From: Malacoraja senta
Taxonomy: Eukaryota
Direction of reading: 5' to 3'
Assembly (NCBI GenBank): GCA_038087875.1
Contig: JAXLNO010002577.1
Location: forward strand, 62,001 to 126,000
DNA length: 64,000 nucleotides
The notes below the pieces were generated by a model. The model made no database searches. It had not been told where the DNA came from and was given only the letters and a program-made list of their open reading frames with translations. Position 1 is the stretch's first letter. Every line of letters begins with the position of its first letter. This document shows, one piece after another, positions 27,810 to 41,264 of the stretch. A program made the translations under genes and the position numbers.

Positions 27810-28570
27810 TTAGTTCATAAATTCTAGAGCAGAATAAGGCCATTGCCCATCAAGTCTACTCCACTATACAATCATGGCTGATCTATCTTTCCCTTTTAAC
27901 CCCATTCTCCTGCCTTCTCCCCATAACCCCTAACACCCTTACTAATCAAGAATCTATATCTCTGGCTTAAAAATATCCATTGGCCTCCACAGCTATCTGT
28001 GGCAATGAATTCCACAGATTCGCCACCCTCTGATGAAAGAAATGTATTCTCAACTTTCTAAAGGTAGGTCCTTTTATTCTGAAACTATGGCATCTGGTCC
28101 TAGACTAGTGAAAACATCCTCTCCACATTCACTCTATCCAGGTTTAGAAAGGTCTAAGAAAAGCCTAGATTAGAAAAGCCCACAATTATGCCTTTAAGGT
28201 TGGGCAGTTTGTGAAATTGGACATCCCCAAAACCAAATGTATGGGTCACCGTGTGTAGCCTGTATTGATTCCTTTCTATGGAGTTTCAGTAGAGTGATAC
28301 AGCTTGGAAAGTGGCCCATCGGCCCAACTTGCCCACACCGACCAACATGTCCCATCTTCACCGGTCCAATTGCCTGCGTTTGGCCCATATCCCTCTAAAC
28401 CTATTCTATTCACATACCTGTTTAAATGTTTCTTAAATGTTGCGATTGTACCTGCCTCAACTACCTCTTCTGGCAGCTCGTTCCATATACCGTCACCCTC
28501 CCTTTGCGTAAAAATGGGTTCCTATTAAATCTTACCTGCCCCCCCCCCCCCCCTCACCTTAAACCTAGGT
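27810..28570 (-). mobile_element. Two CR1 3' fragments (27810-28143 and 28285-28570)
   Basis: Reverse complements of CR1 3' ends seen elsewhere in the window. Confidence 0.8.
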
Positions 28571-28759
28571 GCTCTGGTGTGATATTGTGAGTGGTTAGTC
28601 CAACTTAATGGCAGTCTTGACCTCTCAAAGAGATTGTGGTTGCAAGAAAAGGAGGGAGTACTTGCCAAATCAGTCCAAACTGTGGTACCCTGAGTGATGG
28701 CAGAAGAGTTGTGAATATGAACAGTGAGGTCTGCTAATAATGCCTTGAAGCCTTTAGTG

Positions 28760-31700
28760 CAGGGGTGGTGAACCTGCAGCCTTAAAGCCGCATGTGGCCT
28801 TCTAGGCCATTAAGTGCGGCATTTTGAAAGAATCCAAATTTTGTAGAACAAATCCTTTTATTTTTATTAATATGTTTTTGTTCATCATTTATTATTTTAA
28901 TTTTAATGATAAAATTAACATATTTAAAATACCAAAGAGTAAAAGAAGTTTCAACAAAATAATCCTCCCCGACTGACGGCCACAATTAAAATACGTCAAG
29001 AGGGCAATTTTAACACCTGTTATGCTCATGATTTAGTTCTACTGCGACTCTAGAATGTACGTTAACCTCCCTGCCTGACTGGCGCCACCACTGCCTGAGG
29101 CTGGTTGACGAGAGGGAAAATGTCGGGGAGAGTCCGCTGGCCGTCAAGTCTTCAGGCACGAAAGGTCGCATTGCAGAAATTAAAAGATGAAAAGCAAAGG
29201 CAAAGACCCGGAAATAATGCTATTGAAGCGATTTATATACTCGGGGGGGGGGGGAAAGGGAAGCCATTTAGCGATGTAGAAATCGTGAAAGAATGCATTG
29301 TCAAAGTTGTAGGATGCTTAGACCTCGATAAGGTTTTAAAGTACAAACAACTGCCTCTTTCAAGGAGAAATATAACTGATCGGCAGCATGAATTAGCCCT
29401 TAACGTAACAGAACAACTTCACGCAATAATCCAAAAGGAAAATATATATTATTCAATCGCTTTGGATGAATCAACTGATACTACTGATGGCGCAGGTTTT
29501 ATACTTCATTCGGGCCATAACCGAAGATTTTCTTTGCTACGAAGCGTTACTCGCTTTGGGCATTCTTACGGGTAGAACACGAGGAATCGATTTCTTCAAC
29601 AACTTTCAAGATAAATGTCGTGAAGATGGACTGGATTTGGTTAATTTAGTGAGTGTATGTACAGATGGTGCACCTTCCATGACGGGAAAACGTGAAGGGT
29701 TTATTGCACAGATAAAAAAGGTATTATCAGATCCAGATGCTCTAATTTCTTTACATTGTATCTTACATCAGCAAAATCTCTGTTAAATCTACTATTTTAA
29801 GTGACACTTTGCAATTAGTATTGTTTACTATTTTCGTGCAAATGCAACACAGCATCGTCAGTTTCGTAATATGCTAAAGTTGGACGAGGAAGCATTCAGT
29901 GTGGATTTCCCGTATCATTGTAAAGTGCGTGGGCTATCGCAGGGACAGGTGTTAGCAAAATATTTATCTTTGCGAGAACAGATAGTTAAATTTCATGAAG
30001 AACAGAATCAGCAATGTGAATTATTGAAAGAAGATTTCTATAGAAATACTGCATTTCTGTGTGATATCACGTCAAAGCAAAATGACTTGAATGTTTCTTT
30101 GCAAGGTAAAACTAAGTCTATATATGATATGTGGCAAAATATACAAGCATTTTGAAAAAAGCTATCTTTTTTCAAAACTCTTCTTCAAAATGAAATTTCG
30201 GATGAACATGTTCCCCAGTTAGCAAAGGTCAGTGATGAGCAGGAGGATTCGTGCGAATCATTTGAAGAATACGCAGCTGTTATAGACTTATTAATTAAAT
30301 AATACAATGAAAGGTTCACTTACTTTGGGAATCATGACATCACACTCAAATTAGCATTTCAACCTCACCTAGTTGATGTCTCCAAGGCTCCTAAAGAACT
30401 ACAAATGGAATTGATTGAGCTCTCAGAAGATGACATTTTAAAGTCCTTATTTTAGGTATGTTACAATACTTACATTCAGCGGCCCTGCAATTCTGCCACT
30501 GGCCGTGTGCGCAATTTTGGCGCCTTTGAGGGGGGGGCGGGGTTAAAACACGGGTTTCTCCTACCTTCTCCTGGGTTATATTTCGTTGGAGTGCAAGCTT
30601 TTGCTGAAGAATCGTTCCGACGGGCGTTTTGTGTTTTTTTTATTTATTCGCCCGACAAGTTCAGCGCTGGAGTTATTTTAAAATCAGCTTCTAAAGCCGT
30701 CAACGCCGAAATTGGGGACGGATTTCACGCATGGGACAGGTAAACGAAAGCAGTTTATTTTATGTATAAAAGTGCTCCTTAAGAGGCCTTTAATTCACAT
30801 TTTAAGTTGCGAAACGGTGATTTTTTTCCCGAACGAACCGGCAGTATTTTTCATGCCGATACGGGTTTAAATTCACCGCAAATCAACGTTCCAAATGATT
30901 GCGTTCCAGAAAATCCCACTCGCAAGATGATTTAAATGGCCATTCATTTACAGGTATTAAACATTAAATTCCTTCCATTTGGCCTATAAATCCATGACAA
31001 TGAGATAAAAAAAATTATGTTATATTGTGAATTCTTGTGTGAATGTTATTTGGACACTTAGGCTTTTTAAAAATGTTAATCTATTCTTATGAAATTGATA
31101 GATGTTTAGATCTAGTAATTGAATTTTGTAATTAGCTACAATTAGGTAACTAACTAATTATATGCTTTAATTTCAGGTCATCCAAGTAAGATTGTTTCAT
31201 ATTTGTTTCAGAATGCTTCAATCTATAATAACTGAAAATTTCTTTCAGTTCTCTTAATTTTTAAGAAAGTTATGGGCTTTTGACTGTCCTCGATCACAGC
31301 TTTTGTGTTAAGTCAATGGAAAAGCAATATAGAACAAGATGCTAATTTCCTTGTATGAATATGGCCATAACCTTTTTAATACTGAAGATATGAAAGTGAA
31401 TTAGGTGTCAAATTAAACGTCTTTTTATGCTTTATCTGATGGGATAAATTACACTTGATTTTTAAAATCTCAAAATTTTGTAACATTGCTACTTATTTGA
31501 CACTAAGAAAGATCCGATTGAAATATGGAAAAATGCAATAGAATACCCACGTCTTCAGCAACATGCACGAAAAATGCTTTCTTGCTTTTCAACCATTTAT
31601 TGCTGCGAATCTACATTCTCCTACCTAACCCAAATCAAGACACCCGTAAGGTCACAAATGACGGATACCCATCTATTAAATCAGCTGAAACTGCGTACCT

Positions 31701-31937
31701 CCATGTTGCAACCAAATATTCAAATCTTTCCCACAAAAAGCAACAAAGTCATTAAAAGGTTAGCTAACTTTAGAATTGAAATTGTTTCATTTACATGAAG
31801 TTAGTACATAGTAGTTAGATTTTTACAAAATAATGTACATTTTGAAGTATATCTAATTGAAGTTTCTTGGATGCGGCCTTATTAGATTACAGCTAACTTA
31901 ATGGGGCATTCCAACATGAAAAGGTTCCCCACCCCTG
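28760..31937 (+). mobile_element. hAT DNA transposon (Buster/Charlie type, GTF2IRD2-like transposase pseudogene)
   Basis: TIRs CAGGGGTGGTGAACCT / AGGTTCCCCACCCCTG and a perfect 8-bp TSD CTTTAGTG with central TA. Motifs YSIALDESTD, CTDGAPSM, HCILHQ and CESTFS lie across frameshifts. Confidence 0.95.
30453..31491. mobile_element. Non-autonomous DNA transposon nested in the hAT transposase
   Basis: Imperfect TIRs TAGGTATGTTACAA / TTGTAACATTGCTA and a 7-bp TSD CTTATTT. Excision restores the frame ILKSLFDTKKDPIEIW. Confidence 0.85.
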
Positions 31938-33061
31938 CTTTAGTGGAACTGGGATGAGAGTTGCCCTGTAGCCACAGGAGGCCAGGATAATGCCACTGAA
32001 TGCATTAACTCTCACTGTTAACATACAGTAGCTGCCCTGTGATCTCTTGCATTCTATTATCGTTTTCCACTGTGAACATTGTTGTAAAATAATTGTGCAA
32101 TTTGTCTTTACCTTTTTTCACAAACAATATGCCCCCATTGCCTCAGGCGGCAATTATATTTCCAAATTTAACAGCAAATGTTTTAATGTGGTTTTGAAAC
32201 AATATATTTCATTATATCGTTGGATGTACAATTAAAGATTTGAAAATAAAAGTACATTCAGGGAAATCCTTTCCTTTAATCTTACTTGAAACAGATTAAT
32301 TGTTATGCCTCTATCTATGCCCTTCCAGCTTACAAAACATTAAATAGATTGGTTCCGTGACGATACTGTGTGGACCACTTCTAGAGTCCGAAGATTAAGT
32401 CAAGACATTAGCCCTACCTGTTACAAGTATCTAGCGCCCTTACTTTAGGTAGATCATCAAAGACTAAGCTATGTCACTATATTAGTTCATTTTCTGAATG
32501 GGTTCAGCTAATAAAAATTACTATTTTGAGCAATGGATCACCCTCTCCCAACCAAGGAAGAGATACTTCCAGTGAAGAAAGCAGTTTAATCATAGTTATC
32601 TTTTTAAATGAAGCATCTTTAATTCCGAGGAGTAATTTCTACAGAAATTATAATTTCCAAAACACAAGTACAATACTGATAATACTAGATAAATATACCA
32701 ATGAGCCTCAGACGAACAAGTCATCAGTCAAAGACAGACACTGAGTGCATTTCCGTATCTTTTCTCTGTTTCTCCAAACCCATCCTCACTGTCTTCTAAC
32801 ATTTATACATCTTTTCTAATAGTGGACATTATCTGTATGTGATGATTACATTGACCAGGCCAAGTGGATGGCGTGATTTGATTAAGTTAACATGGCCATA
32901 TCTGACAACAATCTTTGTAAGGTTACTGTGGACCTTATGGTATTTTTTTTACCAGTCTTTGTAACAAGAGGCCCCTAAACTGAAGGTCATCATGATCAGT
33001 AATGTTTCTCTTGATAATGGGTCATTAATGTCAAGAGGATAGAAAAGGTGTATTGGTTGAC

Positions 33062-33458
33062 AGGGGATCTTATTGAAACATAAGATTATTAAGGGTTTGG
33101 ATACGCTAGAGGCAGGAAACATGTTCCCGATGTTGGGGGATTTCAGAACCAGGGGCCACAGTTTAAGAATAAGGGGTAAGCCATTTAGAAAGGAGACGAG
33201 GAAACACTTTTCCTCACAGAGAGTTGTGAGTCTGTAGAATTCTCTGCCTCAGAGGGCGGTGGAGGCCAGTTCTCTGGATACTTTCAAGAGAGACCTAGAT
33301 AGGGCTCTTAAAGATAGTGGAGTCAGGGGATATGGGGAGAAGGCAGGAACGGGGTACTGATTGGGGATGATCAGCCATGATCACATTGAATGTTGGTACT
33401 GGCTCGAAGGGCCGAATGGCCTACTCCTGCACCTATTGTCTATTGTTTATTGTCTATT
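33062..33458 (+). mobile_element. CR1 3' fragment
   Basis: Close match to 13870-14255. Confidence 0.9.
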
Positions 33459-34769
33459 GGTTAGAAGCGTATCTTAATCCACAATAGGCCAGTTTGAACC
33501 TAAGTCAGCTTCTGTTGCTGTACCATGCTAGAAAACTGAGGTTAGCAATAAACCTTTGGGGCCTGGATAGTAAATATCCATCACAGTTCCATCCACTTGG
33601 TCTGCTCCTACCCCCTATTAACAACTGGAAACACTTTTTCCTTAACTTTTCACTTTGAACATGTGCCGTTGTATTACCTTAAGAGTTCATAGACTGAGAT
33701 GGGGAAAGATCTTTTTCACTCTTCTTAAATCCCCCCTTCAATGTAATGGGATTCATTTAAAGATGCAAGACCAGAATCTGCATGTAGTTTTCTATTTGTT
33801 GCCTGGAAATAAACTCTGCAAGGTTAATATGAGTTACCTTGACTTACACTTGACAGTGCTTGAGCTGTATTTCAATGCATTGAAGATTGCAATTCAATGC
33901 ATGATTTGCTGTATGACAACAATCACGATGTGGAAGGATAGATTCAATATCTGGCCATTCATTACACATATCATTCTTCCTTCTGTCATGGACAACATTG
34001 GTTTCGTCCTGGCTGATAGTGTGAGCTTTCCATAGTCAGCGGAGATTTTAGTGGCCTTCATTTGATTTCTTCCAAATATACTGTTTTATTTTTGTTTTAT
34101 TCTTTTTCGTTGATGGTAAATGGGAAGGCCAATCCAATGCTAAATGTTTAGTTCTCTGTAAGGGAAGGATTCAGTAGCTTTATTTGATAGGTGATAGGAT
34201 TCACTCAATTCTTCAATTCAATCTCACAGTGCAAAGGAATACGATTTTTCATTTGAACATGTTCGGTAATTCTACCACATTCAATTCCATTTGAATCATT
34301 CGATTCTAATGAAATGAATAGGTTGAGATCACTGTGATCACTAACGTTTGCAGGTGTCTAAAGCGCCCTTAAAGCTGGGTATGTTTGCAAAAAGCTGTAT
34401 CAAGTAAGAATTTCATTGTTCCAGTTCACATTCAGTGCCTTTGACTAATAAACAGTCCAGACTTTTACGATACGATACGATAGAACTTTATTTATCCCAT
34501 GAGGGAAATTGATCTTCCAACAGTCATAAAACACAAAATACATGAAACAATAAATTAAAGTGACGAGTGGAAAGGATTGGAGATGTGCAAAGATTGTGGG
34601 GGGGGGGGGGGTCGGGGGGGGGGTGGTTTAGGGGGGGGTCACTTTCACAAAAAGTGATGTTGGCAAGTAAAATATAATTGCATTTATGTACTGATGTGAA
34701 TTCAGAATTATGCAAAAATGGAAACAGCTTTACATTTGTTTATAGTATTCATCGCGTCATGAGGGAGAG

Positions 34770-34975
34770 GTTGTGTCTACCGCACGACAGAAGGGGGAGG
34801 AGTTGTAGAGTTTGATAGCCTCGGGGAAGAAGGACCTCCTGTGGTGTTCGGTACTGCATCTTGGTGGAACCAGTCTGTTGATGAAGGTCATGGTGGGGAT
34901 GAGCTGTATTGTCCAAGATGTTCCGCAGTTTGAGGAACATCCTCCCCTCCAAGACCACATCCCATGAATCCAACA
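34770..34975 (-). mobile_element. Rex1/Babar-like LINE 3' fragment
   Basis: KLRNILDNTAHPHH..RRSFFPEAIKLYN. Confidence 0.7.
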
Positions 34976-36702
34976 ACAATCAATTAAATTAACTCTCAAT
35001 TCTTATTTTTTTCTCATCTGATATTATAGCAATGTGGAACTAGGGTGTTTGATATCACCTCCTGCCTAAATTATACAACCATAAACTTAATAATAAATGA
35101 GATAGCATCAAGATTTTATTCACCAACATCAAAGCCAGATTCCCTAACAGCATGAGGATTGACTGTTTTGATCATCTCCAATATATTTATGTTCTTTAGG
35201 TAGAGTTTTCAAGAGAGAGTTAGATTTAGCACTTAGGGCTGAGGGAATCAGGGGATATGGGGAAAAAGCCAGAACAGGGTACTGATTTTATTTCGAAGTC
35301 ACGTGAGTGACTACGTGAAGAAGGCCATCAGCACGCATGTGCGTCAATTCGTCTAACGCATTGCGCCGCGACCGGCTGGGTGGCGCGCTGCTCCACCAGC
35401 GGTAAGTTTCAAACCTTAAGGTAAGTTTAAAAACTTATTTTTTCAGGTTGTGTGTTACCTGGCAGGAAGCTCTCTACAGAGTTCCTGCTGGATGTCGTTC
35501 CGGGGACTTCCCGGCTCCGTAGAGGAAAACTCAGCTCGGGGGAAACCCGGAAGCGGGGGCCGCGGGAAATCCCGGCTCCGCAAAGTGAACTCAGCTCAGG
35601 GGGAAACCCGGAAGCGGAGGCCGCTGGAAATCCCGGCTCCGCGAAGTAAAACTCGGCTCGGGGGCAACCCGGCCATGGTAACCACCGGCTGCGGAAGCCA
35701 CGGGGAATCCAGGCTCCGTAGGCATTACCGGCTCAACAGGCCGGTTAAACTTCAATCTAATCCGGCCAGGAGGATTCACCTCCTGCAGTGGGAGCATCTT
35801 CAGACGGGGTTTCTCTGCCAGATAGAGCATCTCATGAGGAGATGCTCCACCTGATACTCCAAACAAGAGAGTAATATCAGCACGGGTCTCGGGGGCCCGC
35901 GGCAGCGCCTGGTACAGGGCTGCAATATATCTCCCTCTCTGAGGAGTGGAGCTAGGCAGTCGCAGTTTGATGGTATGTCGTGAGGGAATTTTCCACGACA
36001 CGCCAGCTGTGTGACACCTGCAGCAGCGCCTGTTGCAGGGCTGCATTATATCTCCTTCTCTGAGGAGAGGAGCGTAGGCATTCAGTGTATAACTGACTCC
36101 AAATTCAGAAGTATGTCCGTGAAACATACTGGAGTGCATGTGTAAGGTCAGAATTCTGCCGTGACATTAAGGATTGCGATATCCACGTAAACGGAGCCGC
36201 TGCAAGGAAAAGTTGGCTTCCAGCCTATGGCAGAAAACCTGGAGCTTGGTAAACATCTTTGACCACACGTCACATCATTACAGAGTGCCAAGTCTTGGGC
36301 ATCTATGTCAGACAAGATTGTGACTCGTCGCAGTCAAAGAACGTTCCATCTTAAGGCAGCAGCTCGGAATGGTAGAGAGGTGCTACAGCAGCATGCACAT
36401 GTGCCTGAAACAACGCCTGCTTCAGGTTTGCTTTTCCTCCCACTCGGTTGAACGCAGTAATAGAGATGGTGCTAAAATACATGCACACATGCCTGAGGCA
36501 GCTCCTGGTTCAGGTTGCATAAGCCCTCCCATTCGGATGTGTAAAGGATGAAGATGGAGCCATATATATTATAAGACCATGGGAGATGGTGTCGTTAAAC
36601 ATGCTTGATACAAGGCATGCACAGACAAATTGAGGTATACGGATGGTGACACCTGGTTCAGGTGCAATTACGCCCACTGTAAAAAGGGTGTCTAAGGTTA
36701 GT

Positions 36703-37565
36703 ATGGATGAGTCAGAGTATAGAAGAGAGATCGAGCAATTGTCCATATGGTGCCAGCACAATAACCTGGCCCTCAACACGAGCAAAACCAAGGAACTGAT
36801 TGTGGACTTTGGAAGGAGTAGGATGGGGACCCACAGTCCCATTTATATCAACGGGTCGATGGTTGAAAGGGTCAAGAGCTTCAAATTCCTGGGCGTGCAC
36901 ATCTCTGAAGATCTTTCCTGGTCCGAGAACACTGATGCCATTATTAAGAAAGCACATCAGCGCCTCTACTTCCTGAGAAGATTACGGAGAGTCGGTTTGT
37001 CAAGGAGGACTCTCTCTAACTTCTACAGGTGCACAATAGAGAGCATGCTGACCAGTTGCATCGTGGCTTGGTTTGGCAACTTGAGCGCCCTGGAGAGGAA
37101 AAGACTACAAAAAGTAGTAAACACTGCCCAGTCCATCATCGGCTCTGAGCTCCCTTTCATCGAGGGGATCTATCACAGTCGCTGCCTCAAAAAGGCTGGC
37201 AGTATCATCAAGGACCCACACCATCTTGGCCACACACTCATCTCCCTACTACCTTCAGGTAGAAGGTACAGGAGCCTGAAGACTGCAACGACCAGGTTCA
37301 GGAATAGCTACTTCCCCACAGCCATCAGGCTATTAAACCTGGCTCGGACAAAACTCTGAACTTTAATAGCCCAATAACTGTTATTTGCACTTTATCAGTT
37401 TATTTATTCATGTGTGTATATATTTATAGAATGGTATATGGACACACTGATCTGTTTTGTAGTCAATGCCTACTATGTTCTGTTGTGCTGAAGCAAAGCA
37501 AGAATTTAATTGTCCTATCAGGGACACATGACAATAAACTCACTTGAACGTGAACTTGAACTTGA
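36703..37565 (+). mobile_element. Rex1/Babar-clade LINE 3' fragment inside the DIRS
   Basis: WCQHNNLALNTSKTKELIVDF, KFLGVHI, FYRCTIES, RFRNSYFPTAIRLLN; GACAATAAA(CTTGAA)n tail. Confidence 0.9.
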
Positions 37566-39557
37566 TTAACTCCAAACAGGAACCCGAATATGACTATGTG
37601 CCGGGGTCCCATGCTTAACGCATAATGCACGACAATCGCATGAGGGGAAGTGGTGTGCTTTGTCTCTAATATTACTGCTCCGTCAGAGACGGACTAGCCA
37701 CTACAAGAAAAGTTGGTCAGCAGCATTAGCGATCTAATGGAAATTACAACATGGACAAAGTCTGCGAATAAATTTGGCTGGAACTCCAGCAAAGGTAAGG
37801 AGACCTGGAGTTAGAGACACTGGTAAGTAGGTCTCATTATTCACTTCCATGATATTTCACGATGGTGGACAAACAGTATTCAGCATTGCTCCACTAACTT
37901 TCGTCAGAGAATCTTCAGTTACATTACAAACTGATGTTAGTGCTCAAAGATGGGATATTACTAATACCATCTCTAGTTACAGAGGTGAGAGGATTGGCAT
38001 GAGTTACCAATTCTTCAGTTATAGGGTATCAACTACCTATAGACACTAGGTGCATTCTATGGGTTAAATGTTTTGTGCGAAAATGTATAATCTGCATGCT
38101 CAAGGCCAAGTTGATACACTTGGTAGTGTCATATGTTAATCACATGGGTGCAATCAAGTCAAAGTATCCAGTGATAGTTTACCTAACCTCATTTGGCTCT
38201 GGTGTTTTCATCACGTAAAATCTATGCCAAAACAGAATGAATGTTGGATCACTAAGTATTAATGACTTGGTGGCTCATGGAACGCTAGATCGAGGGTTTG
38301 CATCCAGGCTCAATCACCAGTTGCAGTAAAAAATAAATTAATAATAATAAATAAATAATAAAATATAATATGTGGCATGGCAGTGGCGATAGATGCATTC
38401 TCGCCACACTGGGGAGCTATATCTTCCTCCATTTTGCCTCATCAGTCGGGTTGTATTATTGTCAGCACTATCCCACTTCAGTCATTTTTGTAGTGACTGG
38501 CCTATGCAGCCAGGATTACCGCTGATATTGGGAATGATATAGAACATTATATGGTTATTTCTAACATAGAATTGCTGGTTCTGCCCGTGACTCGGGCAAC
38601 CATCCAATGCATGATAAAATCAATTCATTGACTTACAGACCCTGAAAGGACTGTTTCCTGCAGCTCGGATTGTGAGGCAAACCCATGGACGTGCTCACTG
38701 CAGATTGCAGGGAAGCTGCGACTAGACAGGATGGTTACATCTGCAGATAAAATAACAATTTATGTTCATGGCTTAGTCAAGCGGAGCGGACCAAGGGCAT
38801 TAGGTCTCAAACTAAATTTTGGACATGCCCCATGAACCTTTGATTATGGGTGATCACATCTACTACAATACGTGAAGCTCACTAGACCCTTAGGAGCACT
38901 GATCTAGCAATGTTTGTTAGTTACAATAACCTCATAAGAAGGTATCAGTTCAGACCATCTCCAGGTGGTTAATGAGTTCTGGCGTGTGCAGGAGTGAACT
39001 CTAACATTTTCAAATCTCACTCCACCAGGGCTGCAACAGTTTTCAGCAGCAGGGTTATGGACGTTCCACTGTACCACATCCTAGCAACTGCAGGATGGTC
39101 AAACGAACGATCTTTTCAAACATTTTTAATAACAAACCCATTGCCAGACCTAGGGTATTTACCCAACTCTATTTTTTAGTTCTGTTTATAGTTTCCTCCC
39201 GGACAGAGGGGTTACTATTGTCATTTTGTTCATTAAAAGCATCAGCATGTCTAAATCTATGTCATGTCTGGTAGCATTATTAATGTTCACTCATCCCTGG
39301 TCATTTGATGCAGTGTGTGACGCATGGACTCGTTTCCACGGCATGAAATCACAGATCTTCAAAATCTTCACATAGTCACTCACGTGACTCTGAAGTAAAA
39401 TAGTAAGATTAAACGAGAACTTACCAGTTTGAAGTTTGATCTTTATTTTATGAGGTGTTACGATGAGGGATTACGTGCCCTCCGCTCCCAACCCTCCTCA
39501 TAAAAAGATCAGCTGGTAGTTCTAGTTTTCTCCAAATCTTACTATGTTTAGGTCAAC

Positions 39558-39770
39558 TGTGGCGGTCCCTGGGGGGTAAGCCACTCCTTGGATCATCCCC
39601 CTCGCCGAGTGAAGGACAGGGGACTGGTCTGCCACGGGGTTTCCAGTCGACCCTGGGTTTAGTGCTCTCGAGGTGTATGTGTGTGGTGTGCTCTCGTCGT
39701 AAGCATTAAAGTCTGCTAATTGAACCCGCCTGGCGTCTGGCCTTTTACTGACCTCGTTCAGGCCGCTACA
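39558..39770 (+). mobile_element. Solo LTR (213 bp, Gypsy-like)
   Basis: TGTGGCGG...CCGCTACA termini, perfect TSD CAAC (39554-57, 39771-74), ATTAAA near 39705. Confidence 0.85.
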
Positions 39771-41264
39771 CAACTTTTATTATCTGTGATTTCACACCGC
39801 TGCTTTGAAGATTGACGCGCATGCGTGCTGACGGCCTTCTTCACGTAATCCCTCATCGTAACTCCTCATAAAATAAAGATCAAACTTCAAACTGGTAAGT
39901 TCTCGTTTAATCTTACTATTTTGGATGATCAGCCATAATCATAATGAATGGCGGTGCTGGCTCGAAGGGCCGAATGGCCTACTCCTGCACCTATTTTCTA
40001 TGTTTCTATGAGTCAAGAGTGTTTTATTGTCATATGTCCCAGACAGAACAATTAAATTCTTACTTGCATATTTTTCTTACCAACTAAAATATCACCTTAA
40101 GGTTATACTTTGATTGCCAGTTAGAAGAATCATGTGTTTTCTAAGAAAACCATTGACATTGCCCACGTTGAGATTCAGAGAGGTTATTTTACAGAGGGAC
40201 TTGTTATTTTTTTCCACAGATTAACTTATGATGAAAGGTCTTCAGATCTTAGCAATAGCATTGGTTTCATACAAGAGCTGTACATGGCCTTGTACTTTAA
40301 TAGTAAACAGCGGGAGCAGTGTTGGTAACGACTGACAGGATAACAAGGATCAATAGAAAAAACTGTGATCCCAATGGCAGCTGGTAAAACAGAAGGTGGA
40401 CTTTATTGGCAATCAAATGAACAAACAGGGCAGCCTTATTTCAAGACACTTTAAATATCACTGCAAATGGCATTCCTTCAATAACTCAGAGACCATTAAC
40501 TATCTTGCTCACAAGCACAAAAATAAGTTTCCATAATCATACCCAGAGTGCAAGTGATATAACCCAGCAATATTGTTTGTAACAATGAGGAACAGAGCCC
40601 TATTTCAGGATGACAATGTAACTTTGTCTCTGGAATAAGGGGACATAAATTTATTAGGGCCAATTTTATCATTGAGTATTGGATTAAAATGGATGATATG
40701 TAACTGACAACCTATTATTGTCCCTCCTTGATGTGCGCTGTGGACCAATATAGTAGCATTGGAACTTTTCAACTCTTTCAGTGAAGTTAACAAGGAAAAT
40801 GGGAAAAGGGAAATAAAAAGTAATTCACGACAATGGGCTGTATTATAAGTGCTTTAAATTGGCTGGATAGTGAAACCATTGTGTCCTCTGGTCTCTCAAC
40901 AATGTTAAGTCCATCAAATCCTCACAAAATAATTCTGGGGAAATTGAGTCCGCATTTACTTTCAACTAATGTCAAATCAAAAAGGTCTTGAAAGCTCTAT
41001 TGCTATTGGTATTGGTTTAATATTGTCTCGTGTACCAAGTTACAGTGAAAAGCCTTGTTTAGCGTTGTATCCAAGCAAACAATGTTGCTGTTCATTAGTA
41101 TATCAGATTGTGAAAAAGAGAAAATAGAGAGTGTGTGGAATATAATGCTGCTACAGAGAAAGTGCAGATTAAAGAAAGAGTTCCATGGCTGCAACGAGAT
41201 AGCTTGGAAGATCGGGAATTTATTGTCAATGTCAGTCCATTTGTCAGTCTATTGTCAGTCCGAT

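Larger units (their letters stand above)
35287..39922 (+). mobile_element. DIRS1-like retrotransposon (near full length, decayed)
   Basis: The left terminus is complementary to the ICR (39365-39395) and to 39812-39846; the right extension is complementary to ICR 39398-39476. YR motif FKSHSTRAA..ILATAGWS at 38994-39120; RNaseH and MT relics. It splits a CR1 3' UTR (35200-35286 / 39923-40010). Confidence 0.9.

Noticed and set aside
29105-31798. Domesticated GTF2IRD2/ZBED-type gene
   Set aside because: Multiple frameshifts and stops, with TIRs and TSD still present, so it is a dead transposon.
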